Below, piece by piece: positions 48,724 to 59,530 of a stretch of DNA of 64,000 bases (positions within the stretch are counted from its first letter, which is position 1; each line of letters begins with the position of its first letter). The stretch comes from an uncultured Gemmatimonadales bacterium (lineage in GTDB: Bacteria > Gemmatimonadota > Gemmatimonadetes > Longimicrobiales > RSA9). The stretch is from the NCBI GenBank assembly GCA_963798085.1, contig CAWCRS010000007.1:1568001-1632000 (forward strand), read 5' to 3'. A program made the position numbers and the translations under genes. The notes under the pieces are model-generated. The model saw only the letters and a list, made by a program, of their open reading frames with translations, did not search any database and was not told the DNA's origin.

Positions 48724-49720
48724 CGCGACCATGCGGCAGCGCGTACAGAGCGCATGGTCCGGAGAGTCGGATTCGCCATGGTGGATGGGTCTGCTGACGC
48801 CGGCAGAAGCTGCGTTCCGGACTGCGGTCGCGATGCGCAGCTTCCTCTACGACAAGGACATGGGCCGCGTCACTTCGAGTGGTGTTCCAACCATCAGCGT
48901 GGGCAATCTGACGGTGGGCGGCACGGGCAAGACGCCCTTTGCGGGTTGGCTCATCGATGAATTGCTACGACGCAACGAGAGGCCGGCTCTGCTGCACGGC
49001 GGTTACGCCACGGATGAGCCGGCGCTGCACCGCGCGTGGCACCCGTCCGTGCCGGTGCTGGCGCAGCGCGACCGTGTGCGCGCGGCGCGACAGGCGGCGG
49101 CCGGCGGCGCCACGGTGCTGGTACTGGATGACGGCTTCCAGCATAGACGACTGAAGCGCGATCTGGATGTGGTCCTGGTAGCGGCCGAGACCTGGCAGGA
49201 ATCGCCACGACTGCTGCCGCGCGGGCCATGGCGGGAGCCGCCGCGCGCACTCGCGAGGGCCGACATCGTGGCAGTGACACGACGGACCGCGAGCCTGGCA
49301 CAGGCGGCGTCGGTGGCGGCGCGCGTCGAGCCTTGGAGCGGCGGGCGGCCGACGGCGGTGGTGCTGCTCGAGGCGCGGCGCTGGCGGCACGCAGGTGAAG
49401 AAACCGGGCCGCCACCGGGCACCGCGTTCGCGGTGGCAGCGATCGCGCAGCCGGGCGCGTTCGCCGCCAATGCGGAGGCCGCGGGCGCGCGCATCGCAGG
49501 CCTGCGCTGGTACCCGGACCATCACGCGTACGACGTGGACGACGCCGGTCGCCTGCTCCAGCAAGCTGGCGGGCGACCCATCATGACGACAGCCAAGGAC
49601 GCCGTGAAGCTGGCCGAGCTGATCCCGCCGGAGCGCCTGTGGGTGCTGGAGCAGGAGGTGCGCGTGGAAGCGGGTAGTGAGGCGCTGCAGGCGGCGCTGG
49701 ACCGAGTGCTGCTCGCGTGA
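48710..49720 (+). CDS. lpxK: Tetraacyldisaccharide 4'-kinase
   Basis: SVGNLTVGGTGKTP, LDDGFQH, LLPRGP.RE, PDHH and TT.KDAVK. Confidence 0.93.
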   Translation: MSAGDATMRQRVQSAWSGESDSPWWMGLLTPAEAAFRTAVAMRSFLYDKDMGRVTSSGVPTISVGNLTVGGTGKTPFAGWLIDELLRRNERPALLHGGYATDEPALHRAWHPSVPVLAQRDRVRAARQAAAGGATVLVLDDGFQHRRLKRDLDVVLVAAETWQESPRLLPRGPWREPPRALARADIVAVTRRTASLAQAASVAARVEPWSGGRPTAVVLLEARRWRHAGEETGPPPGTAFAVAAIAQPGAFAANAEAAGARIAGLRWYPDHHAYDVDDAGRLLQQAGGRPIMTTAKDAVKLAELIPPERLWVLEQEVRVEAGSEALQAALDRVLLA

Positions 49721-51345
49721 AGCAGGTCTCTGCTGACACCGTGGTTATCGGCAGCGGGATTGCCGGGCTGACGTACGCGCTGAAGGCTGCGCGTCTGGGC
49801 AGTGTCGCGATCGTGACCAAGAAACAGCGAGCGGACTCTAACACGAATTACGCGCAGGGCGGCGTAGCGGCAGTGTTCGATCCTGGCGATTCCACGGTCC
49901 TGCACGCGCGCGACACACTGGTCGCAGGGTGCGGCCTCTGCCACTCGCAGGCGGTGCGCGCGCTGGTGCGCGACGGGCCGCAGCGCGTGCGCGAGCTGGC
50001 CGACCTCGGGGTGGCGTTCACGCGTGCCGGCGAGGCGTTCTCGCTGGGCCGGGAAGGTGGACACACGCGCCGGCGCATCGTGCACGCAGGCGACCTGACG
50101 GGCCGCGAGATCGAGCGCGCGCTGCTGCAGGCGCTCTCGGAGCAGCCCGCGGTGGCCATGTACGAGGACCACATGGCCATCGATCTGGTGGTAGGCCACG
50201 AACAGGTTTCCGGGCGACGACGCTGCGCCGGGTTGCTCGCGCTCGACCATCGTCATGGTGAGTTCGTCGCGTTTCAGGCGGCGGTGGTCATGATCGCGTC
50301 GGGCGGGATGGGGCAGGTCTACCTGCACACTACGAACCCGGACATTGCGACAGGGGATGGTGTGGCCATGGCGAAGCGCGCGGGCGCGGCCGTGGCCAAC
50401 CTCGAGTTCGTGCAGTTCCACCCGACCGCGCTGTATCCGGCAGGCGAACGGGCGTTCCTGATCAGCGAAGCCGTGCGCGGCGAGGGCGCGATTCTGCGGC
50501 GCATCGATGGCTCGCCCCTGATGGAGGGCGTGCACCCGCTGGGCTCACTGGCGCCGCGCAATGTGGTGGCGCGCGCCATCGATCTGGAACTCAAGAACTC
50601 GGGCGCGGAATGGGTGCTGCTCGATCTCTCGAGCATAACACGCGATGCCCTGGAGCGGCGCTTCCCCGGCATTGCAGCGGAATGCGAACAGCGCGGTTTT
50701 CGTCTGCCGGCGGATCCTCTGCCGGTCGTGCCCGCCGCGCATTACGCCTGCGGCGGCATCCTTACGGATGCAGCGGGCCGCACATCGATCGCCGGTCTGT
50801 ATGCGACGGGCGAGGCTGCCTGTACTGGCGTGCATGGTGCCAATCGCCTAGCATCCAACTCGTTGCTGGAAGCGGTGGTGTACAGCCATCGGGCGGCGCT
50901 GGAACTGCCCTCGGAGCTGGCGCGCGGTGCGCTGCGGCCGGTGTCCGCGAGTTTCGAAATGCCGGTCACACGCGCGGATGTTGCGGCCCCGCAGAAGGAA
51001 GTCGGCGGCAGTGCGCGCTTTGAGGCGCAGTCGGGCGGACCGCTGCGGGACGCGATCCGGCGGGTGATGTGGGAAGATGCGGGCATTGTGCGCAGCTCGG
51101 CTCGCCTGGCCGAAGCGACGCGGGAAATCGACCGCATCCGCAGCCGCTTCGTCGCCCGTTTCGAAAACGGCTGGCTGGATAGCGATGCAATCGAAGTACG
51201 CAATCTGCTGGACACCGCCGCGCTGATCCTGACGTGTGCGCGGCGCAGGCGGGAGAGTCGCGGGCTGCATCACAACCTGGATCATCCGTACCGGGACAAC
51301 GAGAAGCAGCTGCGCGACACGATCCTGGCCGGTGACGAACGATAA
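49717..51345 (+). CDS. nadB: L-aspartate oxidase
   Basis: GSGIAGL, YAQGG, EGGH, QFHPT, SEAVRGEG, HGANRLASNSL and ESRGLH. Confidence 0.95.
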   Translation: MKQVSADTVVIGSGIAGLTYALKAARLGSVAIVTKKQRADSNTNYAQGGVAAVFDPGDSTVLHARDTLVAGCGLCHSQAVRALVRDGPQRVRELADLGVAFTRAGEAFSLGREGGHTRRRIVHAGDLTGREIERALLQALSEQPAVAMYEDHMAIDLVVGHEQVSGRRRCAGLLALDHRHGEFVAFQAAVVMIASGGMGQVYLHTTNPDIATGDGVAMAKRAGAAVANLEFVQFHPTALYPAGERAFLISEAVRGEGAILRRIDGSPLMEGVHPLGSLAPRNVVARAIDLELKNSGAEWVLLDLSSITRDALERRFPGIAAECEQRGFRLPADPLPVVPAAHYACGGILTDAAGRTSIAGLYATGEAACTGVHGANRLASNSLLEAVVYSHRAALELPSELARGALRPVSASFEMPVTRADVAAPQKEVGGSARFEAQSGGPLRDAIRRVMWEDAGIVRSSARLAEATREIDRIRSRFVARFENGWLDSDAIEVRNLLDTAALILTCARRRRESRGLHHNLDHPYRDNEKQLRDTILAGDER

Positions 51346-51357
51346 CTTCAGGAGACC

Positions 51358-52647
51358 ATGCATACGGTTCACGTGCCGCTCCGCGAGTACGGCCCGGTAC
51401 TCGACGAGAACAATCCGTTCGAGGGCATGATGCAGCGATTCGATCACGCTGCGGAACTTCTCTCCCTCGATCCCGGCCTCTACAAGATCCTGCGCAATCC
51501 CGAGAAACAGATCATTACCACGATCCCGGTCATGATGGACAATGGCGAGGTCGAGGTATTCAAGGGATACCGCGTGCTGTACAACACGTCGCGCGGGCCG
51601 GCCAAGGGCGGCATCCGCTTCGATACCAGTGTCAACCTCGATGAGGTGACGGCGCTGGCCGCGTGGATGACGTGGAAATGCGCAGTGGTCGACATCCCGT
51701 TCGGCGGCGCCAAGGGCGGGGTGGCGTGCGAGCCGCTGCGGCTCTCGAACGCGGAGCTGGAGCGGCTGACACGGCGTTATACCGCGTCCATCCTCGAGAT
51801 CCTGGGCCCCGAGTCCGATGTGCCGGCGCCGGATGTGAACACGAACGAGCAGGTGATGGCCTGGATCATGGACACCTACTCGATGCACAAGCGGCACACG
51901 GTGACGGCGGTGGTGACGGGAAAGCCGATCGCGATCGGCGGCTCGCGGGGCCGGCGGGAGGCGACCGGGCGGGGCGTGATGATCGTGGTGCAGGAAGCCC
52001 TGGGGATGCTGGAGCGGCCGCTGCGCGGCAGTCGCGTGGTGGTACAGGGATTCGGCAACGTGGGCTCGATTGCGGCGCAGCTGCTGGAAGAGCAGGGCAT
52101 GAGGGTGGTGGGCATCAGCGACAAGACAGGCGGGATCTACAACGCGGGCGGCATCCCGGTGCTGGACGCGATCGAATACTGCAGGAAGAACCGCTTCCTG
52201 GAAGGCTTTGCCGCCGGTGATGCGCTGAGCAACGAGCAAATCCTGGAATTGGACACGGACGTGCTGGTGCCGGCGGCACTGGAGAACGTGATCACGCGCA
52301 AGAACGCACCGGACATCAGGGCGAGCGTGATCGTGGAGGGGGCGAACGGCCCGGTGACGGCGCCGGCGGACGCGATCCTCGATGCCAAGGGCATCTTCGT
52401 GGTGCCCGACATCCTGGCCAATGCCGGCGGTGTCACGGTCAGCTACTTCGAGTGGGTGCAGAACCGCGAAGGCTACTACTGGAACGAAAAGACCGTGAAC
52501 GAGCGTTTGCATGAAGTCATGGTCCGCTCCTTCCACGAAGTGGTGCGTTACTCGAAGGAGCACAACGTCAATCTGCGCACCGCGGCGTACATGCTGTCCA
52601 TCGATCGGGTGGCGGCGGTGCACCGCATACGCGGAATCTACGCATAG
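51358..52647 (+). CDS. gdhA: Glu/Leu/Phe/Val dehydrogenase (glutamate dehydrogenase)
   Basis: [30 protein letters not shown] and [12 protein letters not shown]. Confidence 0.9.
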   Translation: MHTVHVPLREYGPVLDENNPFEGMMQRFDHAAELLSLDPGLYKILRNPEKQIITTIPVMMDNGEVEVFKGYRVLYNTSRGPAKGGIRFDTSVNLDEVTALAAWMTWKCAVVDIPFGGAKGGVACEPLRLSNAELERLTRRYTASILEILGPESDVPAPDVNTNEQVMAWIMDTYSMHKRHTVTAVVTGKPIAIGGSRGRREATGRGVMIVVQEALGMLERPLRGSRVVVQGFGNVGSIAAQLLEEQGMRVVGISDKTGGIYNAGGIPVLDAIEYCRKNRFLEGFAAGDALSNEQILELDTDVLVPAALENVITRKNAPDIRASVIVEGANGPVTAPADAILDAKGIFVVPDILANAGGVTVSYFEWVQNREGYYWNEKTVNERLHEVMVRSFHEVVRYSKEHNVNLRTAAYMLSIDRVAAVHRIRGIYA

Positions 52648-52655
52648 GAACCGAC

Positions 52656-53135
52656 GTGAAGCTGGTGGTGATCGCGGTGGGCAAACCGGGCACGCTGCTG
52701 CGTGATGCGATCCGGGAATACGAGACGCGTGCGGCACGCTACTGGCCGCTGGAGTGCGTCGAAGTCAAACAGACGAAGGCGACGAAGGGCGGCGCGCTGG
52801 TCAAGCGGGAAGAATCGGAGCGCGTGCTGGAACGGGTCCCGGCGGGGGCTGAGGTTTTCGCACTGACGCGGACAGGCGATGCCTGGGGCTCGGAGCGGCT
52901 GGCGCGTTACCTGCGCGAACAGGGCAACGGCGGACGCGGTGACGTGGCGTTCCTGATCGGCGGTGCCTACGGGCTCTCCGACGAAGCGTTGCTGCAGGCG
53001 GACCGGCGCATGCGTCTCTCGACGTTCACACTGCCGCACGATGTGGCGAGGCTGGTGCTGGTGGAGCAGCTGTACCGGGCGGGCACGATCGCGCGCGGCG
53101 AGCCGTACCATAAGGGCGGCAAGGGCGACGCGTGA
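52656..53135 (+). CDS. rlmH: 23S rRNA m3-pseudouridine-1915 methyltransferase
   Basis: FLIGGAYG, TLPH..ARLVLVEQLYRA and PYH. Confidence 0.93.
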   Translation: MKLVVIAVGKPGTLLRDAIREYETRAARYWPLECVEVKQTKATKGGALVKREESERVLERVPAGAEVFALTRTGDAWGSERLARYLREQGNGGRGDVAFLIGGAYGLSDEALLQADRRMRLSTFTLPHDVARLVLVEQLYRAGTIARGEPYHKGGKGDA

Positions 53136-54829
53136 GCGTGGTGGTGCAGCCGGCGCGTGACACGCGCACGTCCCGGCATGTGGGCGAGGAGACCGGGCTC
53201 GAGCTGGTGGTGCGCGACCTGAGCGGCACCGGCCTGGTCCGCGACTACCTTGCCGGTGCGCCGCAACTCGCGCGTTTCTACGCGGGCTTTCCGTTCGACC
53301 CTGGCGCATGGCAGCGCAAGGCGGCAGCCGTGCACGCGCGGCTGGACGGCGCAAAGCGCTCGCGCATCGCGGACGCATACCTGCCCTGTACCGAGCGCGC
53401 TCGCGCGCGCCTCTCCCGCGTCCTTGCCGGTGACGGTCTGGCGGTCACCACCGGTCAGCAGACCGGTCTCTTCGGCGGTCCCCTCTACACCATCTACAAG
53501 ATCCTGCGCGCCGTGCGCGCCGCGGAAACGCTCGAAGCGCTGCTCGAACAGCCGGTGGTGGCGGTATTCTGGCTGGCGGGTGACGATCACGACTGGGCGG
53601 AAGTGAATCATGCAGCGGTGGTGGACGGCGGCAGCGAGCTGAAACGCATTGCGCTGGGCGACGACGCGGATGCACCACCCGTCCCGATGTCGGCGCGCGT
53701 GCTGGGTCCGGACATCGAAACCGCTGTGGAAGCGCTCGTCGCCACGCTGCCACCCACGGAATTCGCCGCACCGCTGATCGAACGGGTGCGGAGCGCGTAC
53801 CGGCCGGGCGTCACGATGGCGAGTGCCTTCCGCGAGCTGCTGCTGGGTGTGCTCCGCGAAGTGGACGTGGTGCTGCTGGATCCCGCGCATCCCGCCGTCA
53901 AGCGAGCGGCCTCACCGCTGGTGCTGCGCGAGCTGGAGCAGGCGAGCACGCACGGCGCGCAGCTGGCGGCGCAGTCGGAGCGGCTGGTCGCGGCGGGTTA
54001 TCACGCGCAGGTCACCATCGCGCCGGAAGCCGCCAACGTGTTCCTGTATGACGATCAGGGCCGCGATCGCCTGACGCGTGAGGAGGGCGGCTGGATGCTG
54101 CGTCGTACGAAGCGCCTGCTGAGCGAGGAAGAGGTGCAGTCGCTGGTCGCCTCCGATCCGTCACGATTCTCCCCAAACGTGCTGTTAAGGCCGGTGGTGG
54201 AGAGCGCACTGATCCCGACGGTGGCGTACGTCGGTGGACCTGCCGAAGTGAGCTATTTCGCGCAGATCGGGTGCCTGTTCGAGGCGCATGGTGTGGAGCC
54301 GCCACTGGTGCTGCCACGGCTCAGCCTGACCATTGTGGAAGGGCGCGTGCGCAAGGTGCTGGACAAATTCGGTCTGGAGCCGGCCGACCTGACGCGCCCG
54401 TTCCACGAAGTGGCGACCGGCGTGGTTCACGGCGAGCTGCCGGATACGGTGACGGAGCCGCTGCGGCGGCTGCGCGAAGCGGCGCAGGCCGAATACGAGA
54501 CACTGGCCGAAGGCGCGGCAACCATCGACCCGACACTGCGCAACTGGGTGATCGGCGGCCGCAACACGCTGCTTGGCCAGCTGGACGGTGCGGAGAAGAA
54601 GATGACGTCGCACCTGAAGAAGAAGAGCGAGGTCGAGCTGGAGCAGCTGCGCAAGGCGGCGGTGAACGTGTTCCCCGGGGGCGAACCGCAGGATCGCGTG
54701 CTCAACATCCTGCCGTACCTGGCCCGCTACGGGCCGGGACTGCTGCGCGACCTGGCGGCCGCGGTAGGCGTGCAGCTGGATCGCGCAGTGCCGGGTTGGA
54801 CCGGCGTCGTGTGCGACGACGCGTCGTAG
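53132..54829 (+). CDS. bshC: Bacillithiol biosynthesis cysteine-adding enzyme
   Basis: VTTGQQ.GLFGGPLY, DHDWAEV, FSPNVLLRP, GGPAEVSY and PQDRVLN. Confidence 0.9.
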   Translation: MSVVVQPARDTRTSRHVGEETGLELVVRDLSGTGLVRDYLAGAPQLARFYAGFPFDPGAWQRKAAAVHARLDGAKRSRIADAYLPCTERARARLSRVLAGDGLAVTTGQQTGLFGGPLYTIYKILRAVRAAETLEALLEQPVVAVFWLAGDDHDWAEVNHAAVVDGGSELKRIALGDDADAPPVPMSARVLGPDIETAVEALVATLPPTEFAAPLIERVRSAYRPGVTMASAFRELLLGVLREVDVVLLDPAHPAVKRAASPLVLRELEQASTHGAQLAAQSERLVAAGYHAQVTIAPEAANVFLYDDQGRDRLTREEGGWMLRRTKRLLSEEEVQSLVASDPSRFSPNVLLRPVVESALIPTVAYVGGPAEVSYFAQIGCLFEAHGVEPPLVLPRLSLTIVEGRVRKVLDKFGLEPADLTRPFHEVATGVVHGELPDTVTEPLRRLREAAQAEYETLAEGAATIDPTLRNWVIGGRNTLLGQLDGAEKKMTSHLKKKSEVELEQLRKAAVNVFPGGEPQDRVLNILPYLARYGPGLLRDLAAAVGVQLDRAVPGWTGVVCDDAS

Positions 54830-54984
54830 AGCGGGGAGCGGGGCCGCGGGCGGCAGCGCGGGGTATGGGGTGCGAGACGTGACGGGTAACAACGGAATGT
54901 ACGCTGTACTGGCGATACTGTGGTGGGGGTGATTGGGGAGGTGGCTGGCTTGCCGGTGCACGAGAAACGGGAATAGCTTCGCAT

Positions 54985-55269
54985 ATGGCGCTGATCGGCG
55001 TGCTGATCCTGCTGGGGATCGCGCTGATGATCCCGCTCACGGCGGTGATCCTGGACTCGCAGGTGGGGCGAGCGATTGCGGGTCGCCTGGAAGGTCAGCG
55101 CGAGCAGACGGGAACGCTGCCCGAACGGTTGACCGCGGTGGAAGGCGAAGTCGACCGGCTGAACGAACTGGTGGCACGACTGGAAGAAGAGGCCTCGTTC
55201 CTGCACCGGCTGCTGGACGAGAGGCCGGCTCCCGAAGGTCTGCTGCCGCCCGGTGACCGAGAGCACTGA
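54985..55269 (+). CDS. Small hypothetical membrane-anchored coiled-coil protein
   Basis: N-terminal TM helix, S.VGRAIA.R, heptad coil and EE...FL.RLL. Confidence 0.65.
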   Translation: MALIGVLILLGIALMIPLTAVILDSQVGRAIAGRLEGQREQTGTLPERLTAVEGEVDRLNELVARLEEEASFLHRLLDERPAPEGLLPPGDREH

Positions 55270-56920
55270 GGCCACGGCCAGCGGGACGAAGGAGAACGCG
55301 GCCCGCACGCGCGCCCGCTCGGGACGCTCCGCCCGCCTCGTGGGCGCGGGTATTCTGCTCAGTCGTGTGGCCGGCTTCGTGCGCGAACGCGCACTGGCGC
55401 ACTTCCTCGGAACATCGCTGTTCGCATCCGCATTCCGCTCCGCACTGCGCATTCCCAACATCATCCAGAACCTGCTGGGCGAAGGCACGCTGAGCGCGTC
55501 CTTCATTCCCGTGTACGCGCGACTGCTGGAGCGCGGAGAAGAGGAAGAGGCGGGCCGGCTGGCAGGCGCGGTGTTCGCGCTGCTGCTGGCGATTGCCGGG
55601 CTGTTCGCGATCCTGGGCATCACGCTGGCGGGCGCGATCGTGCACATCACGTCAACGGGATTCCACGGCGAGATCTACGAAGTGAGCGTGCGCTGCACGC
55701 GCATTCTCTTTCCCATGACAGGCATGCTCGTGCTGTCGGCATGGGCGCTGGGCATCCTGAACAGCCATCGGCGCTTCTTCGTGTCGTACTCGGCGCCGGT
55801 ATTGTGGAACGTGGCCATCATCGCGGCCGTGTTCGTGTTCGCAGCGTACTACACGGGCTCGGATCTGGTGGCTGCGGTTTCATGGGGCGCCCTGGCGGGT
55901 GGCGTGCTGCAGTTCCTGGTGCAGCTGCCGTGGGTGGTCAGGCTGGATCCGTTCGTTCGCCTGCACTGGGACGTGGCGTCTGCCAATGTGCGGCAGGTGA
56001 TGCGCAACGCTGGGCCGGTACTGGTGGGCCGCGGCGTGGTGCAGCTGGTTGCCTTCCTCGACCTCTTCCTGGCCTCGTTCCTGTTCCTGGGCGCAGTGGC
56101 CGTGCTGGGTTACGCGCAGACGATCTTCCTGCTGCCCGTGAGCCTGTTCGGCATGTCCGTGGCGGCGGCGGAGCTGCCCGAGATGTCGCGCCACGGCGAT
56201 GAGCGCCGGGAAGCACTGCGCGCGCGCATCGAGGTGGGCATCCAGCGCATTGCCTTCCTGGTAGTGCCCGCCGAGGTCGGGTTCATCCTGCTGGGCGACG
56301 TGGTGGTGGGCGCGCTCTACCAAACAGGACATTTCACGCGCCTGGACACAATGCTGGTGCACCTGGTGCTGGCAGGATACTCCGTAGGCCTGGTGGCGAC
56401 CACGAGCACCCGACTCTACTCGTCCGCCTTCTACGCGCTCAACGACACACGCACGCCGGCGCGCATGGCGATCCTGCGTGTGATCCTGGCGTCCGCGCTG
56501 GGCGCACTCCTGATGCTGGTGCTCGAGCGGTTCGCCGTGACGCAGCCGTACGCCATTGTCCGCAACCTCGGCGACATCGAGCACACGCGACCGCTGGGCG
56601 CCGCGGGCCTGGCCCTGGGCGCCGGCATCAGCGGCTGGGTGGAATGGACGCTGCTGCGCCGGCGCATCCAGCAGCGTGTCGGCGAGCTGAATGCCGGCCG
56701 GCACGCGCTGCCCAGGCTGGCCCTTGCCGCGCTGCTCCCGGCCATCCTGCTGCGCGCCACTCTCGTCTTCACCCCGACACTTCCCCCGCTGTTCACCGCC
56801 GCCATTGTCCTGCCTCTCTTCGGCGCGACGTACCTGCTGCTGGCAGCATGGATGGGCGTCGCCCAGGCTCGTCGCACTCTGCTCCGTCTCACGAACCGCG
56901 GAGAGCGCGGAAGGCACTGA
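55253..56920 (+). CDS. murJ: Lipid II flippase MurJ/MviN
   Basis: SRVAGFVRE, RIPN..QNLLGEGTLSASFIP and FYALNDTRTP. Confidence 0.93.
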   Translation: MTESTEATASGTKENAARTRARSGRSARLVGAGILLSRVAGFVRERALAHFLGTSLFASAFRSALRIPNIIQNLLGEGTLSASFIPVYARLLERGEEEEAGRLAGAVFALLLAIAGLFAILGITLAGAIVHITSTGFHGEIYEVSVRCTRILFPMTGMLVLSAWALGILNSHRRFFVSYSAPVLWNVAIIAAVFVFAAYYTGSDLVAAVSWGALAGGVLQFLVQLPWVVRLDPFVRLHWDVASANVRQVMRNAGPVLVGRGVVQLVAFLDLFLASFLFLGAVAVLGYAQTIFLLPVSLFGMSVAAAELPEMSRHGDERREALRARIEVGIQRIAFLVVPAEVGFILLGDVVVGALYQTGHFTRLDTMLVHLVLAGYSVGLVATTSTRLYSSAFYALNDTRTPARMAILRVILASALGALLMLVLERFAVTQPYAIVRNLGDIEHTRPLGAAGLALGAGISGWVEWTLLRRRIQQRVGELNAGRHALPRLALAALLPAILLRATLVFTPTLPPLFTAAIVLPLFGATYLLLAAWMGVAQARRTLLRLTNRGERGRH

Positions 56921-57133
56921 GCACCGAGGTGGCAGAAAGGATCGGGAGAATATTCAACCACGGAACCAACAGAAACAGGGTGCGCATGACTTGATCCTGC
57001 AGGGCAGGATAACAGCAGATTAACGAATTTCTGACTTGACGGATCCGAGGCGTCGATTCAACGGGGAATGGCCGAACGGATCGGGTTTCGAGGCAACCGC
57101 GACCTCGGGATTCTTCGATAGAGGACACTCCGC

Positions 57134-57336
57134 CTCTCCCCACCCCTGAACGGGTGCCCTTGCCCGCGTCCGACCCCTGAACGCACAGGGCTTTCCCCTC
57201 ACCCGCTGAAACGCCACCAAGGGGGTTCGCCCGCCCGTAATGGCTTGTCAGGTCGCGCCGCTGTTGGGCGAGGGCAAGGGAAAGGGGTCGGACGCGGACG
57301 CGGGCACAGGTTGAGGGGAAGGGATGGGGGGAGGGG
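57134..57336. repeat. Imperfect ~200-nt palindrome with C-rich and G-rich arms in the murJ-uvrC intergenic region
   Basis: CCGCGTCCGACCCCT (57164-57178) is the exact reverse complement of 57283-57297; 57134-57147 pairs with 57320-57333. Confidence 0.7.
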
Positions 57337-57691
57337 AAGCAAGCAGATCGGCCCTGCTCATTCCCCGAACGCCACAGCAGCGCTGCGGCCGACAGAATCC
57401 GGTCAACGCGGCTGCCGGAATGGATTTCAAGAGAAGACCAGACAGAGAGACGACCGGCCGGCAACGAGGCTGGAGAATCGAGCGCCCGGGACGGATCGGT
57501 CGTCGCGGGTCCGGATCGGGATCCCATTGGGTAGAATGGGGTGCGGTCTGCTGGCTCGCGTGCCGGGAGCGGAACGCGCTGTCGCCCGCGCAGGCAATGC
57601 GCATCCTTTGCCGTTCGCGGCGGCCGAGCCCGGACGCCTGCGGTCTCAGCGCGTTCTGCGCCCGCTGCGGTGAAAGGTACACGGGGTACAG

Positions 57692-59530
57692 GTGAGTGTG
57701 ATTGACCTGGAGAGGAAGCTGCGACATCTGCCGGCGCGGCCGGGCGTGTATCTGTTCAAGGACCGCCGGGGCGAGTTCCTCTACATTGGCAAGGCGAACT
57801 CGCTGCGGGCGAGGGTGCGCAGTCATTTCGCGACGGATGGCGCGGGTTCCATCAAGAACCACGAGATGCTGCGGCGGGTTGCGGACATCGACTCGATTGT
57901 GGTGGGCTCGGAGGCGGAGGCTCTGCTGCTGGAGGCGAATCTCATCAAGGCGCACCGGCCGCGCTTCAACATCCGGCTGCGTGACGACAAGAAGTACCCG
58001 TACATCAAGGTGACGCTGGCGGAGCCGTTTCCGCGGGTCTATGTGACGCGACGGCTGGACAATGATGGCAGCCGGTACTTCGGGCCGTACACGGATGTGG
58101 GCGCGATGCGGCACGCGCTGGAGGTCATCAAGCGGGCGTACACGGTGCGCAGCTGCCGCTACGACCTGCCCACGGAGGCGCCGGCGAGGCCGTGTCTGGA
58201 CTACCACATCGGGCGCTGCCAGGCGCCGTGCGTCGGGCTGCAGACCATGGAGTCGTACCGGGCCATGGTGGACGAAGTACTGGATGTGTTAGGCGGCCAC
58301 ACGGACGAGGTGCGAAGCCGCGTCGAGCGGGAAATGCACGAGGCGGCGGGCTCTCTCGACTTCGAGCGCGCGGCCCAGCTGCGCGACGTGATCACCGGCC
58401 TCAATGCGATCGAGCGGCGGCAGCGCGCGCTGGACATGCGCGGCCGCGACATCGACGTGATCGGTGCGGCCCGCGACGGCGACCGGGCCTGCGTCATTCT
58501 GCTGCGCATCCGTGGCGGCAAGCTGCTGGGTCGCGAGCTGGACTTCTTCTCCAACCTGGGCGACGAACCGGATGGTGCGCTGCTGTCGACGGCGGCCATG
58601 CGCCTGTATTTCGGGCGCGGCGAGACGGGCATGGCGGACCTGCCGAGGGAATTGCTGTTTCCGGGTGAGTTCGATGATCGCGAAGCATTCGCGGAGCTGC
58701 TTGTGAAACAGGCGGGACGCGGGATCAATGTGCACGTGCCGCAACGGGGCGAGAAGGTGCAGCTCATCGAACTGGCCAACCAGAACGCGCGCCATCTGCT
58801 GGAAGAGCGTGCCGTGCTGTCGCGCGATGCGACCGGGCGCGCCGACGATACGCTCTACGACCTGCAGGAAGCACTGGACATGAAGGTGGTGCCTCGCCTG
58901 GCGGTGTGCTTCGACATCTCGCACACGCAGGGCGATGAAGTCGTGGGCAGCGCCATCGCGTTCCGCAACGGCGAGCCGGACAAGGGCGAGTATCGCAAGT
59001 TCAGGATCAAGGGCGATTGGGGCAACGACGACTTCGCGTCGATGGAGGAAGTGGTAGGCCGCTACCTGCGGCGGCGCATGACGGAGGGCCAGCCACTGCC
59101 GGAGCTGATCCTGATCGATGGCGGCCGCGGCCAGCTGGCGGCCGCGGTGCGCGCGGCGGATACGTGCGATGCGCGCGACATCGCGTTTGCCAGTCTGGCC
59201 AAGCGCGAAGAGGATGTCTACCTTCCGGGCCGCCCGGAGCCGCTGCGGCTGGCAAGGACGAGCCGCGCGCTCCGGCTGCTGCAGCGCATGCGCGATGAGG
59301 CGCACCGCTTTGCCCACAGCTTCAATCGCAATCGCCGGCAGAAAAAAGCCTTGAGCAGCGAGCTGAACGAGATACCGGGCATCGGGCCGGCAAGACGTCA
59401 GGCACTGCTGGCACGGTTCGGCAGTGTGCGCGCACTGCGCGGCGCGAGCGTCGAGGAGATTGCCGGGCTGCGAGGCTTCTCGACCACGCTCGCCACGCAC
59501 GTCGCCACGCATCTCAAGAAGGGTTCGTGA
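57692..59530 (+). CDS. uvrC: Excinuclease ABC subunit C
   Basis: GIY-YIG (PGVY..YIGKA), UVR domain, FDISH, IDGGRGQ, RDEAHRFA and HhH. Confidence 0.96.
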   Translation: MSVIDLERKLRHLPARPGVYLFKDRRGEFLYIGKANSLRARVRSHFATDGAGSIKNHEMLRRVADIDSIVVGSEAEALLLEANLIKAHRPRFNIRLRDDKKYPYIKVTLAEPFPRVYVTRRLDNDGSRYFGPYTDVGAMRHALEVIKRAYTVRSCRYDLPTEAPARPCLDYHIGRCQAPCVGLQTMESYRAMVDEVLDVLGGHTDEVRSRVEREMHEAAGSLDFERAAQLRDVITGLNAIERRQRALDMRGRDIDVIGAARDGDRACVILLRIRGGKLLGRELDFFSNLGDEPDGALLSTAAMRLYFGRGETGMADLPRELLFPGEFDDREAFAELLVKQAGRGINVHVPQRGEKVQLIELANQNARHLLEERAVLSRDATGRADDTLYDLQEALDMKVVPRLAVCFDISHTQGDEVVGSAIAFRNGEPDKGEYRKFRIKGDWGNDDFASMEEVVGRYLRRRMTEGQPLPELILIDGGRGQLAAAVRAADTCDARDIAFASLAKREEDVYLPGRPEPLRLARTSRALRLLQRMRDEAHRFAHSFNRNRRQKKALSSELNEIPGIGPARRQALLARFGSVRALRGASVEEIAGLRGFSTTLATHVATHLKKGS

